Notes: generated by a model not told the origin, from the letters alone. DNA of 64,000 nucleotides from Tubulanus polymorphus (GCF_964204645.1 NC_134026.1:21982150-22046149); one strand, 5' to 3'. Positions 1 to 14,444 are shown, counted from the first letter of the stretch. Made by a program: numbers and translations.

Positions 1-3000
1 TTCAATTGCAGTCCCGATGGTATATGATATAACGTCATTCTGTAAATTCAACTAGTAATCATTTGGGATGCCTAATTATTATCAGCAAACTGATCCAAGG
101 CAACAACTACTAGGCATTAAATACTCCTGCTGCGGGTGTATGCTAGAGAAGTACAAGGAAATTACTCTGCGCTGTCTTTGCCATCAACCATATATGTTTT
201 TCGGAGCGAAATTAATTACGAATTCTGCCAGTCTCGGTGGGTATCGGTGCTGCTTAATTATGTAATAAATGGTTTGTGACGGGACTCGCCGAGAAGAATC
301 TGAAGTAATTAGATCGGCTGGCGTGCTGGCGAATTACATCACCCAAGACACAAGTTCCAGAGCAGTAGCAATAAGCGATAAACAATGAACAATCATTCTC
401 AATATAAAGCAGATTATAGAATACTATATGATATGATATACAAGGAAAACGAGTCCAATAGGTTTCCTTAAGTTATTTTTTATTTCGACTATATCCTAAT
501 AGTCACTTTCAGGGATCTTTTTTGTATATTATTATTGCACTACGAACAAAAGGTTTCATCAATATTTTCTAATTGATTCCATGTATGAGCAGTATATGCA
601 GACTTAAGAAGTTTTTCCATTGAAAGAAGGAGCCAATCAGTGAGCAGTTTCTGTTGTCAATTTCTTCAACAAACTGAATTCAGTCAGTAAGTGAATCCTT
701 TGATTTTGGCCTCGACATTTTCAGATCTGTTTGTGAATAACATTAATTAACTCGACTGAATTTTGTCCAGCAGTATTAGGTCAAGGTCAATGTAAAACAT
801 CAAATTCTCTATTCCAGCAATTAACTTACAAGCAACTGAAAAGAATTTGCAATGACCTAATTATACCACAAGAATCTGATGAAAAAATGAATTAAATTTC
901 ATCATTCAGTTTTTTTACAAAGTGCCAAAAAAGATAATCTCTTTGTTATGAATCTCGATAACTGTCATCATCACAAAGAGAAAGTCGTCTCATGAAACAA
1001 TTACGAGCAATTTGACGGCGTAACAAGAATTCGAAATTGAAAAAGTATCTCAACGTGCGAATAAATCAACGTTTGTCGGCAATAAATTTCTGAGGAAATT
1101 ACAATCAGATGTACAGCGAATGCTCTTAGTGGGAACGCACCACCTTCCATGGAAACTCAGCGGAAGCCGGAATGAACGGGTACGAGATAATATGTGGCGT
1201 TGGAGATCGAGAAATCTATACTGAAAATCACATTATGCTGGACATACATGCTGTCATCATGGGCGACGCACCGGATAGATAGCGGATGAACGATCTTATT
1301 GTTTGGCATCTGTCCGATCTACCAGCCTGTCTGAGAGGTGATAATTAAAAATCGATATTACTTTCACATAGGTATATCAATCGAAGTCAGTGAATGAGTT
1401 TATTTTTAGTTTTTACCAGTAGCTGAACATAATCATAGATGTCCCCGTTTGGATCATCAATATTGCCTTCACTGATGCGTGGATCATTTCAATCCCTCGA
1501 TCCAGTACATATTAGACCACTTGAAATAATGCAAAGCAACAAATTGTGATTGACAAGTCAGAAAAAAACAGACTTTTTCCAGGAACCCAAATGGCAAAAC
1601 AAATGCCAATAAGATGATCAAGACTAATTTAACTTTTTCATATCTAACAACGTATCTAATCTAGCAATGTATATTGAAGATCTTCATTATATATGATTTT
1701 ACCTTCATGAAACGCGAGATGATAATGTGTGTATCAGTGTGTGTTTTACAACTGAAATGCTACAAAAATGAGGACTATCCACAGAATACAGAAAATCGGA
1801 TGAGCACCTTAGTGCCCGAGATGATATCGACACTCCACCGGCTGTACATGATAGTTTAATCTTATTTGATCTGAAATTGAATGAAGACTGGCACAATATT
1901 TCAGACAGTCTGACAACAGATTTCTTGCATCATAACCAGGCCTGCTATAGTACTGATATATGGCATCAATGAACACAAAATGATAAGAAGCTGCGATCAC
2001 AGACGGATGATTTGGGCAACCGTGGCTAAAATGAAAAGATGAAGCACGCATGCCCGATAAAGAAGCACTTGAGAGCAGAGCTACATTGGAGATCATTGAA
2101 GAAAAATGTAAATTTCAACGATGTTGATCATTTATCAGATGAGCCTTGATTGAGTCTTAATTTGGGGTTGGTAGAAGTTATCTATGAACGACGTCCCCGG
2201 TGCTAGGAACAATAAAAAGTGATTTTAAAAAATACAATAGACATCCCGCAAAGCAGACTCAGGTATTCATGAAAGATGTATGGCGAGACCAATGGAATAA
2301 ATACTGAGCTTAACCGTTGGCCTATGGCAGTGTAAGCTGAAATCAGTGAATAAAATCAGTAGGTTAATATATCTTTCATTCAGTCACCCACTTTTTGGTG
2401 ATCATTTCACTTCGTCAATTTGCAGGAAATCAATACAAGATTCAGAGGACAGGTCAGATGATATGTGCAAGGGAAACTAATGACTTTCTCAAAGTAATGA
2501 TTCCCAATGGGCATACATAACGAACACATATACAAAATACATAGCAGGCATAATAGTTGGAGGCATAATACTTTCTATATTGTCTTCAACAGTAGATAGC
2601 AAAAATCTAATAGAGCAGATGTGGAAAATTCTGAGGATGATAGAAATTTAATCTGAGCTCAACAACAGTTGACTTCGGCAAGATGTTTATTGAAAGGGAA
2701 ATTGACTTAAATTCATTTCCATTTCCAGCATTCCCACCAGCATGAGATCCAAACCTGTACAGTGTCAGATCTCCACCATTTATCAATTTCGACTCCACTT
2801 AATTTTTGACAATTTCACTCACAAATATAATCACAATCATATCCAATCTTTTCCATTACCCAATTACTCAATTTTACTGCTTCTACCATAACTTGCATGA
2901 ATAACTTATAGTTCCGATGAAACCATCTCAGACCGACGTCTCAAAACAAAATAGCATGATAATAGGTTCTATTGCAGCAAACCAATAATGTACGCTAATA

Positions 3001-3599
3001 CATCGATGCTTATGATGCATGCAAAGATAAAGAAAAATAGACAACTTTCATGTTTCATTTTTCTGATTTCCCAATACGTGACGAAATGATTGCAACGATA
3101 TTATAGATCAGCTGCACGTTCCCGAATGATTTGTTGATGAAATTGGATATATTGTAATGCCATGGTGATGGTGGTGGTAAGCGACGTGGACATCACAGCA
3201 ACGGCGTCGGGCGAAGAAAAAAATGTTGGTTACAAAGCCAACAATTCAATCAGGCATCGCGACATGAAATGCAATTATGCCAAACAATTTCCAAGTTACC
3301 ATTATCACATAGTACCTTGTCGGTGGCGGGTCACAGTCGTAAATGGACTGATATATCAGTGCCACACTTTCGGTATCTCAATAGTATAATGGGCATGAAG
3401 ATTTAGTGCCTGGAATTGTTTCCCCTGTGGTCTAAATGACAACTGACAATAGGTCGCCATTTGATATTTGGAACCGTAACCCCAGCAAGAACAGCAGAGA
3501 AAAATGCACTTCATCAATCAGGAGAGGCGTTAAAGTTCCAAGGTACCGTCCCATTTGCCAACCACAATTCAGTCATCATCCACTATTGGCAATCAAGAT

Positions 3600-3960
3600 C
3601 CATTCCATCAATCCCATTCCATCAAACTTTCATTCTGTCAACTTTCACTCCACCAACCTCAATTCTATCACGTTCGATCTTAAGATTTCCACTTAACCAA
3701 CCTCCATCACTTTAAAGTTTTATTCTTTCAACCCTCGCTTTTTCCAAAACAATCTATTCTAATGGTGTCTACGATAACAATACTTCCTACATGACAAAAA
3801 TTTCTATTCTACTCAGCAATGGCATCTTCATTGTGATCAAATTGGTTTCAATTGAGAAAGAAGTTGAGAGATTGAAAAGGAGTTGAGAGATATGGAAGTT
3901 GACATTAATGACAGAACTGATAATTGAGGACCTTGTCATTTGATTACGGAGTTGAGATAT
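3600..3960. mobile_element. degenerate foldback/MITE-like remnant
   Basis: C-rich left half with tcaac/ccatca sub-repeats mirrored by a G-rich right half with repeated agttga. Termini not resolvable. Confidence 0.35.
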
Positions 3961-6253
3961 ACATCATCATTACTGTTCATTTAATGGCAATTTCTGTGTA
4001 TTTGCTAAGAATAAAGAGAAATTACCAATCAGCACGGGGTCAAATCAGTACAAGTTAAAATCATCCTCACAAGAGACGAAATCATTACATGGAGAAAAAA
4101 TGGTAAAATCTAATGGACAGATTAGCCTCATTGCTCTACCTTAGCAGTAGTGGAAATCACTGATAGACTGACTTCTTTGCAGGAAGAAAACATGTTAAAA
4201 GCTTTGTAAAGATGTATAAAGGTTAATTGAGATGTGTAAAGTCGGGCCCGGCAATATTGTCGATTCTCACGCACAAGAGTCTCCGGAACACTTTGCCAGA
4301 CAATTAGCGACGTTTTCTGTGACTCGAGAACATCCAATCATTGCACGTTTTCCGTGCTCTTTTTATCGCCGCCGCGGCAACTAGAACATAATCTAAGTTT
4401 CATCTGTGTCGCTGAACCGTTCGTTTCATTCGGATATAAAATGCCAGTAATATGCGCAGACAAATTACAGGTGCAATAAAAGATTGGTATATGGCAGAAA
4501 AATCATTAATCCCATGACATCTCATATAAGTCAACTGTCTCAGCCTAAGTTCCCGAGATGAACCTCGAAACCATCTTCTAAATTGAAGATGTCCCACATT
4601 AAGAATTGCTATATTATGGCTCATTTATCAACAACAGTTTTTAGAATCTATGATCATCTTTCCCTATCTCGGCATTTTGTTATCATCTATAAAAACGAAA
4701 ACGATTAGGAAATCGATCCATGCTACAGAAATAAATTACTAGCTTTCATCGTGGAATTTTGTGTCCGTCGGCTTGAAATTGAAATTTTTTTTCTAAATTC
4801 AAATTATCCTATACTTATGCGACGATTTTTCCGCATTTGAAAGAAATAAATCATGTGCGATGACAACATGTATGTTCAGTAATGGTTCATAACCACAGTT
4901 GTGACATTCATTTTTAGAAATACACGACACATGTATACACCACTAGGTAATGGCAAAAAGTTATTTACCGACGACCTGACGAGGGATTAGTTTCAAGACC
5001 GAGGGTAATCACCGAAGTTGATTTGAAATTCAATGTGGCTTAAGGTTTGTAGACATCAACAAAAGTCAGTTCTTGGTCGTGAGGGTAACTGTAAATTATT
5101 GATAAAAACTCTCAAAATGCATTATGGAGCAAACGATGTATGGCAGAGAAAATTAATCCAGATATCTGCTCCATTCAGCATTTGCAGAAAGTCTGCAAAA
5201 TCCTTTAATTTCAAATCAGAACAACACTTGAATAACAGATCGGAAAATGGTAGTATAGAAGTCTTGATGGTAACATGGCCAGTGCTGTGGAGTACTGAGA
5301 TAAAATTCTTTGCTTATTTCTACCTTTTCCAATGTCCACAAGGCGCACTGTAACTGTAACTATAAATCAAACAAGACTTGAAACATAACTCAACAACAGA
5401 TGATGCTGAGATGATATAAATTTCATGATTGTTCTTCCCATGTAGTGGATTGAATTCATGCAAAGAAAAATTCAAAAATCAAATTCGAAACCAGAATCAT
5501 TGAAATCATGCCTCGAAGCGTGGAAGCAACAAGTTACACCGTATAATCTGGGACAAGCAGAACCTGACGAAGACACAGGGAAAGAGAAGGCTGCACATCC
5601 TTCCAGAAGGATGTGTCCGTTTACCTCCTTATGATGATGAAAACAAATGAAAGGAAGAAGTTGACTGATGATTGATAGGGAACTTTTGATAAGAATGCAG
5701 TATAATCCCTGACGATCAGAGCTCATCTCCAACAAGATGAATTATACTTATAACAAAAGGTGCTAGCAGATAACTGGCAACGTATAATGATCCGCTATAG
5801 ATTCGACACCCGATACTGGATTTAGGAGAATGGCAGACAACCGGAATGGCGATAATTTCCTCTGGGATCGGTAAAGAATCCGTCTTTCCGACTAGTCGTA
5901 TGTATTTTTTTCAGTCTGTCTCGATGTATCTACAAATGAACGACGAAGCAATCGATCTTATATCTTCATACGTGAGACGTACCGAGAGCCGTGTAGAAAA
6001 TCATCAATCGCGCGCGGGAGTCCATGGCAGCGAAAAACGAATAAATCATTTCCAGTATACACAGTTAAGGTGAAGTTTCCGCGAGAGTAAGATACTTCAG
6101 TTCTATCTCCGTAAACACGTTTACCTCGGCGGTGTACTAGCAAAATCTTGTTAATCGCCGCGTTGTATGATGAAATGAATGGAACCATCTTCCGTGGAAT
6201 GAAAAAGCTTGTCTGTCGCCTCCGCAAAAATGACGTTCTTCTTATTGACTTAC

Positions 6254-6345
6254 ATCACGAAGCACGAAACAGTCGGGCTGAACTCCCGAGGAACTTCTTT
6301 AGCATCACTTTGTTTCTTGAAGACAATCAGATTGCTATTATGCAT
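6254..6345 (-). CDS. weak candidate additional PDE4 first exon (MHNSNLIVFKKQSDAKEVPREFSPTVSCFV + 2 nt)
   Basis: ATG at 6345, 92 nt open frame, phase-2 AT|GTAAGT donor at 6253-6248, inside a CpG-rich patch. No recognised homology. Confidence 0.25.
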
Positions 6346-7745
6346 CCCTTCAGACGACTGGGCTGATTACCAAACACCAGACTAACCGTTCCGCTGTGGT
6401 TTGTTACAACTGCAGAAACTTGAGATATTTCGAACATGATAAAATACCCAACAGACTTCCCCGTTACCCTTTTGCATGATGAAAATAACCGTACCCAAAA
6501 CTACCAAGATTCATCTTGCAAACATTCGGGCATAATTTCAAAACTTAAGCCTTGTTCGATATTCGTTGACTTATTTCAATGGCTAATCCCATCCCTGCAA
6601 TAAAGTCTTCTCGAACGTCTTCAGCAGCGGACCGAATAATCAATACCATTTCCGCTTGCAGCCTAAATCAATACGAGTCTATCGTTCTGAAATGGACGGG
6701 TGAATTGTGATCGAAATTTACAACATTCGTTATTACGCTTAAACCCCGAGTACACAGCCCTGACACATACAGCTGCCAATAGAAAAAACTCAGATCCATG
6801 GTGCCCAGTTGTACTGACAGTTTAAGTGACATAATGGCAAGGAAGATTTTTATATTTTCAGTTGTTTCCATTATTGCTTTTTCAGCTACTTTGGATTTAA
6901 CCCTAGCTCTATGGACTGATTATCTGTACCGGAAACATATAGTCTAGAAGCACACTCTACCACTAACCGAGGAAACAATCAAAAAGGCCCTTTAATGGAT
7001 GTTCAGTTAGCATGTGTTAGGGCCCTAGGTATAAAACTTGTCAGAGCTTTCAAATACATTTGTAGTAATGAGAAATGGTGCTCTCTAAAAACTGAGGCCT
7101 ATTTCACAGAAGTATTTCAGTCATCATAACGCAATGCTAATGACATTTCAAGGAAGTGTTTAGTCGTTTGTGAAAGGGTCCCCGTTCCGCAATCTAGAAA
7201 AACCAGTCCCACGTACAACGGTACGGAATAGAGATATTTCCTTTGATATACCGAGTGGTATTTTTTCCATCCTGCACATGAGAAGATAAAAGCGTTTTTC
7301 GCTATGAAAATCTAAGTTTCCGTTGAGACTATTGGTACGCACGGCACGTAGCGAATCGTTTCAAATTTCAGCGTCATTACATAGGAGTGTGTCAACAAAT
7401 GAACGAGACCGAATTAATCTCGGAATATCGAGGCTGTTTTATGTGCGCCGTTAGAGTTCACCGCGGTCATTCAGTCGAGAAAAAATCGGAATCATGATGC
7501 CATAAATTGACAGTCCGAAAATAATGTAAAATCAAATTCGTCAAAACTTTCCGTAATTTCAGAGCATCCTTCAAGACTTGTAAAACCTTATGCTAATAAC
7601 GTAGCTATCTATGAAACATGGAAGTTCAAATTAGTTATTCAAATATTTCTGTATCATATTATTCTGTTCCTTGGAAAGTTGCGATATTTTCACATGAGTA
7701 TCTAGATTAGACCACTGGGGTCTCATGTGGGTTTAGTACATTTTA

Positions 7746-8129
7746 GGCCAAAAAAATATATATTCTGTTTCTGGTCAGGCCCATCTGCACAAAATGATGT
7801 GGTGATGGGTTTTTTTTTTAAATTGTTCCTACATTTGACTATCGAGTTTGATGGATTAGTCGACAGGAACAAGTCCGAACGGACGTATAGTAGCCGGCCC
7901 TTTTAAAATTGACATCGATATCAACATGCTTTTGGATTTTTACCGCTAACCTAATCAGACAATAGCAATGGACTAAACTTCCGCGTTTGACCACATCGGC
8001 AACTAGTTGGCGCTAGCGCACGGTGCGCGAATTTCGGAGCCGATTTTTGTTTACGAAAAAAAATTTTGACGCGGGGTTCTAGATCGACACGCGTGCTGAC
8101 CAGAAACAGAATACATTTCTTGTTTGGCC
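7746..8129. mobile_element. MITE, PIF/Harbinger-like
   Basis: ~33-bp imperfect TIRs: ggccaaaaaaatatatattctgtttctggtcag versus ctgaccagaaacagaatacatttcttgtttggcc. GGCC termini, flanks TTA/TTG. Confidence 0.75.
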
Positions 8130-8934
8130 TTGTTCTCTCATTTTATTCATTTTGATATATCTGTTTAGTGAAGTTCATCTTTTAGCCAGAATTTTATGTC
8201 ACAGCACTTCGGTTAATTCTTTCGCCGGTACATGCAATCGTTTTAGCATTCTTTAGCAAGCTTGACTAACAAATTGACGTTCACAATTACGGAAAATCCC
8301 ATGTATCTATATATTGTAAACACACACGATGAATGTATCTCCGACTTTGATTGGTGAATCTCCACAGTGGCTGTATGGTGCAACCTTGGAAAAATTGATA
8401 CCGAATTGGTTGTTGTTGTAAACGAGTAGCAAAAAATTCCCACTTCCTGAGGACGATAAAACCTGCAGTTTCCCCAATCTACCAAATATGTGACAGGCTT
8501 GCTGATGACATTGATTATAAATTGTCCAACTTTTTTCGTGACAATTACCTTTAAAATACTGTTGGTATTGTTTTTTGTCACAGCATTATCCGAATGATAG
8601 AGCGATCGTAAATGGCAACGACGTGTGCGGTTAGTTATACTTTTCTTAAAGGCATCTGCACGATTGATTAAGCTGGAGTGACGTATGACAATTTCTTTCG
8701 GTTCTGGCTTCAATACAACGACGCCGGCATGACAAGTCTTCTCCCTAGTTGTATCCGGTTTGTCTTAAGCATGTTAAATATTGCCCTTTAATGGAAGCCG
8801 CGCTAATGAACTGGTCGCTGCGAAAACGCCGTCAGAGACTGGCAATTTAAGAGGAAACTGTCGCATTGCGTGCTTGCAGACGATTTAAAACTTGCTGGTT
8901 AGGAGCAGTGGCAGACTGAGACAACTATACTTAC

Positions 8935-8970
8935 CGTCTGGCGTATAACCCTGTTATAATGAACTTATGG
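8935..8970 (-). CDS. candidate 36-nt symmetric (phase 2-2) cassette exon of PDE4, xHKFIITGLYARR
   Basis: Minus strand reads tctttttcag|ccataagttcattataacagggttatacgccagacg|gtaagt. Only the phase-2 frame is free of stops. Confidence 0.45.
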
Positions 8971-9041
8971 CTGAAAAAGAAACTTGTGGCTTTTATCGGA
9001 TAAAGCGAAGCAAGGATTTTTAGAAAATCAGATATAACAAT

Positions 9042-9193
9042 CAGGGGCCATTGCTCTAAAGTTGGTGAGAGCATGGACGTCCATGGTTTGAGCTAGCCGG
9101 TGGTTAAATTCCATGGTGATAATCGAAATTGCATTGTTAATGTGGTGTTTGTCCACCAGTTAACTCTTACCGACTTTTGAGCAACCTGCCTTG
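9042..9193. mobile_element. short palindromic MITE
   Basis: ~28-bp imperfect TIRs: ggggccattgctctaaagttggtgagag versus ctcttaccgacttttgagcaacctgcct. Confidence 0.7.
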
Positions 9194-10087
9194 GATTTTT
9201 TTTCTCCTTCGAACTTCTTTGTAACGAGGTACCACTTTACTACGGAATGTACAAAAAACCTGCACGAAATTGATGTTAACACACCAGAGAAAAGTTGAAT
9301 ATCTTCGGATAATCTTCTATTCAATCCATCGGTAGGTTGGCGCTATGTTCGAAAAATCGTAAATCAAAAAGATGCTGCTATAGAACGCTAGCTGAAGCCA
9401 TTAGCATTCCTTCTTGACAGACAAAGAAAGCCGCCTTCGGCAGCGCCGGCGAAGAGCAACAGACACGGTAACCAATAACTTCGACAAGTTGATGGAATAA
9501 GAAAACCGCGTTGATGAAAACAAGCCGAAAGTCATGAGTAGGTTAAATAAATGACGCCAGCTCATTGAAATATGACTAGCCTCGATGACAAGACTCATTG
9601 CGGTAAACAGATACCACAGATTACAGGATTACGGCGATAGACATGGAATCTTGTTACTAATCAACTGTGACTCTTGCTGACCCAATTAAGAGTTTTTACC
9701 TGATCACGGACGGACGAGTTGCGTAATCGTTTTTCGGTCAGCTTGTTTGAGGAAAGAACAGCTGAGTCCAACCAGCGTGATGAGGTAAAATGTCGAACAC
9801 GGGTAAATCTGATTTTCATGTAACGAATGAGGCCCAATTTTCTATTATATGCTATGTAGACGGGACATCGAAGAGTGCTCCGACAAGCGACATAAACTAA
9901 TCAAGAGTTATGATTTGACCTGGTCTCCGCTAATATGATATTCACAGCATTACCATGACATTGGTGAGATTGACGTAACCATCTCTGATCCTTTCATCTT
10001 CTGATTTTATTCCAATCATTGGCTTGATTTAAGTTGGCTTTATGTCAATGGCTAAATTTTGGTCATAAATGCGTTTGTTCTGCACTA

Positions 10088-10416
10088 TAGCCGCGAGCCA
10101 TTTTGGCCCCTGCCAAATTGGACCCAGCAACCGTTCACACACACACACAGGTAACAAAGGGGCCAGTACCAAATTTGGCTTGACCAAAAATGTCGGACCA
10201 GGTCCCGAACTAAATTTAAGCATGGTCAAATTATTGCATTTGAAATGCGACTTGTTCAGGAAATGACTCTCTTCACTTTGTTTAAGCATTGTTTAGTATC
10301 GAGTGAATGATTTATGCGTGAACACCCTCTCTCCAATTAGGCACGGGCCAAATTTGACCCGGTCCTGATCTGTACCAATGTGACCCGGACCAAATCGTCT
10401 CCGTGTGATCGCGCTA
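10088..10416 (-). mobile_element. MITE family A, near full length
   Basis: Termini tagccgcg... and ...cgtgtgatcgcgcta. Internal gggccaaattt sub-repeats and the core ttgtttaagcattgtttagtatcgagtga are shared with about 11 other copies. Confidence 0.85.
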
Positions 10417-13400
10417 TTGTCTGTAAGTATTAGAGCCTGAAGCACCGATACTTCACTATCAATTCCCCTGATCGATCATCGAAAGCATTATTCAATGATC
10501 ATCCTGCTGACATTCTACCTCTGAATGACGACCTTTTCGTCTGCGTTAAGGGCAAGATGACAAAATATACCAGATATGCTGTACTTGAAATATGTAGTAT
10601 ATACATATCATAAGGCAGCAATATTTATTCAATAGTCTGGATTAAATATCGATGAATTTTCTTCTACTCATATGTATTTATACGTAAATTCAATTACGCG
10701 TAGTTGTATGATGTAACGTAGCCGATATTCGAACCAGTGGCATTTACAGAATTATGACTGGTACGGAACGTTACTAAGATGACAATGACAAATGGCAATG
10801 TAGGTTTCGAGAATATTGCTCGGCAAAAATATCCAACAATCGATTTTCACACAATTAATCACGAGTAGAACTGACGAAAAACGATCTTAAATACGGGTTC
10901 AGCAACTCGACGGTCACAAGTTTATGAATTAAGCGTAATGTATATCAAAGTAGGACACTACACGATATCATTCTGTATCGATGAAATCTTGGAAGTAAAC
11001 AGAACATACAGAAATTCCCAACATTTGGTGAAAGATCGATGAGTTTCTTACGCATTCAAGTTAAATCTCAAGAATTCAAAAGTGAAGACAGCTTTCATAG
11101 TGGGGAACAGTATAGAATGACAAATGCTGAATTAAACTCCCCCAATCCCCCACGCACCACATTGTTGACGGCCTTCTTATTAACAACATACTCTGGACAC
11201 AGATGTTTCATTAATATATTTCGATTATTATGACGGATATTCTAAGCAAGAAATTTGCATAATACATCTGTTCTCTTCATCACAACTCTACTGGAAATAC
11301 CATCCTCAGGGTAATAGAGCATTTTGTGGCTCGGCGGAGCATGCCAGACATGTCGTCACTTAACAAGGGCAGACATAAATTCAACGGCTATCTCGGGCAA
11401 TGCTGGGGGTTGCTATGTTTAAATTATAACATTCAGTTGTCACAAATTTCAACTGCATAGGCTTGCTTCGCTACATATTGGCGACCAGAATATTTCTGAT
11501 AGGGTAGCAATACTCCACTTCAATAAGTGAATTCCCTAACTCAGTTATCCAAATTCTGCATTTCCAATTTTTAATCAAAACTATACAAAATTCAATTTTA
11601 TACATCTTAATGCCTCATATCATAAAAATTGGACCCAGGAGCTTTTAACCGTGAGTTCACAGTTCATTGAAAATGAACGAATCTTTGTTTTCATAAAACT
11701 GACTGTTATTGATGCCACCTTGTGGGCGTCCAGTGCCTCATCGCACAGCCATGTTTAATCAGAGTCAACTGTCCATATATGTAGATACATCGCTCAACCT
11801 TAGAAACCATTCATCTGCGCGAAGATACTGCCCTGATAAGGCGGAGAACAGTTCGTTTGCACAACGGACCTAATTTACCATTGTCATCGATGTCATCGGA
11901 GAATTACCATGTACGCAATTTCAGCGAACAACCAATGCCCGAGCGCGTTCATTCCAAGCGAGTAGAGCTCTGTCTGAACTCGGTTCGGAATTATCTCAGT
12001 CCCCCTGCGCCTGATCGATCGTGTACTGGATGAAAACAAGGCTGGATGAATTGAAGACCGAGAACCCGAGAACGAGGACAATGACATGTGATGTGAGAAA
12101 TGACCAGATAACAAGAGGCATGAAATAGCAGATCAGTGACGTATCATAAGCCACAAGTGGATAACTGGATTCTGAACGGCTCACCGAGCCATTTTCCTTA
12201 TCATTCGGTAGTGGCCAGTTTTGATAGCAAATGATGAGCAAAAGTATTAAGAATGTAATCTCAGCGTCTACTGCAATAATGACCTGACAATCACGATGCC
12301 AACCTCCCTAAGTCCAACTCGTAACCTTCACTGATACCTCACCAACGATATCGGTCACAGTATCATCAATTCTTGGGATTTGAGGGATATTTAATCGGAA
12401 TTGGTTAAGAGTATACACTCCATTAGTCGTCCACGTGAGTGTAGGCAATTAGCTGGGCAAAGACATTGCTGATTTAGCTAATCATAAGCTGCCGAACTAC
12501 TAACCTAATAACACTAATGGTTGTGTCGCATCTTACAGTAGGAAATGCAGATAACATAGCAGGTAAGACGTTGATGGGCTATTCCACATGTTTTTTTCTC
12601 AATTGCCAATTAACCTTATAATCCCCCGACGTAACCTCAACATAAGTTCTTTCTACCTGAATGCAGACAGGGTCAACAACCAAAACGTACCCATACTAAA
12701 TAGAAATAATGATAGTAATGAACTTTACAAAAAACTATATAGATGAAAGATAAAGCCATAATTTGCTTCTGTATTATCTCCATTTTTTGCTAACTACTGC
12801 AGCCAGACAAGTACTGATTAACTTTATATTAGCTACAAAGCTCCCTCCGCCATCGTACTACGCCACAACCAATTGAATATTTACTTTTCAATCAGTTCGT
12901 CTACATCACCCGTGTTCTATTTTTTTAGCGCCAGAAATATGATCGTCAGGAAATAATTGTCACGACCGTGGATACGTTGTTAGGCACGTCACCTCGGGTT
13001 ATATCAACAGAGCCAGCTATCGCGAATTGGAACATATTGCGCATCGCTGCTACACGCGCCGCCGTTGATATTCTCCACTCGACGACCTTGGAATTAGCGG
13101 ATACGAAAATCAAAATCCATCGAGACAAACAATCAGTCAATTCGTAGATCACGATCCGACTCTCGTAGCTACACCTTAGGTGTCGTAAACGAAACTATCT
13201 AAAACCTCTATTGACCAAACGATCCGATCTATAGCGATGTCAATATTTTCAACAAGAGAATAGCACCAGTACATAGCCGCTGCATAAGACGATAAACAAT
13301 TCAGTGCTTCTCATAGGGCGCATGCACTCAAAATCTAATAAATCTTCATCCGTTTATTTGCTAATATCATTCATTTATCATCTGATAATTTGCTCATTAT

Positions 13401-14222
13401 CTAATAAGCGAATCTGCAGCTAATCATAGCGGCCCCTTCGACTGATCTCAGTTTAGCAGCAACTTTCTATACGCATTTTATAAGTTGGCTCCAATATAAT
13501 GAACATCATCCGTGTATTCAGCAAATAAACGCTGTTTAATTTGCCAAGAAAAAAATCTAAAATCTACGATGAAATCGATATTGTTTTTCGGGTATCTTAT
13601 TTCCAACTGCTTCGTCGTTAATATCAGCGCGCGAGATGGAGCATATACGTTTGATTTATTGGAGAAATCAACCATCTGCTCCGGGAGATAATCTCTCAAT
13701 AAAGAAAGCGCTACTATCTACAGGAAAATTTATGCGGAACATTTCTGGATAAAAAGGTCAAAGACGGGACCATCTAACATTGATTCTGCTTCTGTTATCT
13801 TATTTTTATATATCATGACACAAAGAAACAATAGAACTTGAGATACTAATTTCTGTTCATTTATCACATCTTTCCTATGTTTCATATTTCTCACGTTATC
13901 CCCCTAAGTCGAGAAATTTTGGCCTCTTGGCGGACCTGACACCGGACACGATGCCAGTGTTTTACCCGGCACGATTGCATTTAAATTTAAAAGTGCCATT
14001 GTAAGTCATTATCTTAAAGACAAGCTGACACCATCGCGTCTATTTTTGTTATCGAGAAACTGTTACACAGTACGGCGTATACGAATAGAACAAAACAAAC
14101 TATGACGCTCTTGATTGTAAAATGATGAAATCATCCTTCAAATTGACGTAATATCAAAGGCATCATCCGCCCACTGCGGAACACACCTTCAGCCAATCAG
14201 TTAATCAAAAATATCATTCTAA

Positions 14223-14444
14223 GGCTTAAAAAAAGTTGATACCTAGTTTCTCATTTTCTGCTGAGCTTAAAAGTTGACCCCGCTAGCCGCCAATCTACCC
14301 TATACATTTCTTTTTTTTAAATCATGATCAAACTAACAATAACAGACCCAGCAGTTATAGAAAAGAACTGATTACAAATCTCATCGCAGTTTACATAAGT
14401 GGCCCTGACGTTTAGGAGAAACAAGGTATCATTTTATCAGAGCC
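14223..14444. mobile_element. MITE, PIF/Harbinger-like
   Basis: TIRs ggcttaaaaaaagttgatacctagtttctc versus gagaaacaaggtatcattttatcagagcc. TAA on both flanks (14220-22, 14445-47). Confidence 0.75.

Noticed and set aside
8243-8713. 156-aa minus ORF
   Set aside because: Non-ATG start, no recognisable domain, no fitting splice sites. Consistent with a chance ORF.
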